Shown piece by piece: positions 7,395 to 8,108 of a stretch of DNA of 8,108 nt. How positions within the stretch are numbered: position 1 is the first letter of the stretch; each line of letters opens with the position of its first letter. Location of the stretch: positions 1 through 8,108 of the forward strand of contig JBHGNT010001462.1 of the NCBI GenBank assembly GCA_043228905.1. Direction: 5' to 3'. The notes below the pieces were generated by a model. That model was not told the origin of the DNA. It saw only the letters and a program-made list of their open reading frames with translations, and did not search any database. Source of the DNA: Azolla caroliniana (taxonomy: Eukaryota > Plantae > Polypodiophyta). Made by a program: the position numbers and the translations under genes.

Positions 7395-7559
7395 TAGTCG
7401 TCACTCAAAGAGTGTTTCTTTTCATATGGATGAGATATCATACGACATTAACATTTCTGGGTCTCATATGCCACTTTGACTCTAGCGCAACTTTAGTATT
7501 GTCTCTCTATTGCTCTCTCTCTCTCGCTAGAGTCTATCATGATAGTACAGTAGTTAGAG
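7395..7559 (-). mobile_element. Inverted, degenerate copy of the 5' part of the adjacent LINE RT fragment
   Basis: The reverse complement of 7559-7528 (ctctaactactgtactatcatgatagactcta, NYCTIMIDS) matches 7563-7594 (ttttaaccactgtactgtcacggtaaactcta) at 25 of 32 positions, all differences being transitions. Further collinear blocks follow: aaagttg..tagagt, aaagtggcatatgaga vs aaagtggtaaatggga, and gaaacactc..gagtg..ctaac. Confidence 0.65.
7513..7525. repeat. (CT)6C microsatellite lying between the arms of a perfect 10-bp inverted repeat
   Basis: The CT run is flanked by GACTCTAGCG (7478-7487) and CGCTAGAGTC (7525-7534). Confidence 0.7.
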
Positions 7560-7562
7560 CTT

Positions 7563-8108
7563 TTTTAACCACTGTACTGTCACGGTAAACTCTACGTTTG
7601 CAAAGTTGTAGAGTATGATCATGGAAAAAAGTGGTAAATGGGAAGAGTAGCATGATAACGCTAAGCCTGCTTCAGACTGAAACACTCCACAACAGAGTGT
7701 CTAACTTACCCTCACGGTTATAATTAACAGCATTGAGTCAAGGGAGAAGCTCTATAATGTTGCTTCAAAAACGTTTTCAATATATTACTACAAAAAAGAT
7801 TCAGAGAACGTATCACAAACTTGGTGTACCAAATGAGTACCAAACTGCAGTAGTATGGCCATATGAGCAGATGCGACGTGTGATAAATACACAACATGTG
7901 TTCTCTGATGAGTTGGAACCAATGTCACAGTAAAGCAAGAGTGCCCTCTCTCGCCTACACTATTTAGCTTAGTCATGGACCATTTACAATATTTCATCAT
8001 GTAAATAGCACGAACTCAGCAACTTTCAGTATTAACCTTAGGCAACATTTGGTTATGCTGCTTCACTATTCAGACAACGTGGTGCTCTTATCATGGGTGT
8101 TGATGCTT
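7563..8108 (+). mobile_element. Degenerate non-LTR retrotransposon (LINE, RTE-like) reverse transcriptase fragment, antisense to the host gene, running off the window end
   Basis: RT motifs occur in order across stops and frameshifts: NHCTVTVNSTFAKL*SMIME (7567-7626; cf. NYRTImv...aKly), FRLKHSTT (7671-7694; cf. GFR..hST.D), LTLTVII, FKNVFN (cf. DFkKAFD), KLGVP, VKQECPLSPTLFSLVMD (7930-7980; cf. GVkQGCPLSP.LF) and LLHYSDNVVLLS (YSDN at 8067-8078; cf. YADD). Confidence 0.88.

Noticed and set aside
7788-8000. 70-aa minus-strand ORF as the missing first exon
   Set aside because: It has no GxGxxG and is the antisense of the LINE RT fragment.

Overview
AT-rich eukaryotic genomic DNA, most likely from a land plant; a fern or other non-flowering lineage is my inference from the style of the LINE remnants. 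The window is dominated by a spliced minus-strand gene for a group A FAD-dependent monooxygenase (FAD_binding_3 / salicylate hydroxylase / zeaxanthin epoxidase-like, no FHA domain). Eight coding exons join in frame through GT-AG introns: 6761-6654, 6544-6335, 4531-4475, 3924-3784, 3154-2942, 2504-2414, 2319-2217 and 1377-1236 (1065 nt, 354 aa plus stop). The first exon carrying GxGxxG is not in the window. The upstream intron holds a decayed + strand non-LTR retrotransposon RT fragment (about 7563-8108) whose 5' part is mirrored by an inverted copy (about 7395-7559). Other introns hold a probable LINE zinc-finger remnant, a nested tandem duplication (5030-5723) and smaller duplications. A cluster of hairpins lies downstream of the stop codon. 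I found no prokaryotic system, CRISPR array or RNA gene, and most ORFs in the supplied track are spurious or exon read-throughs.
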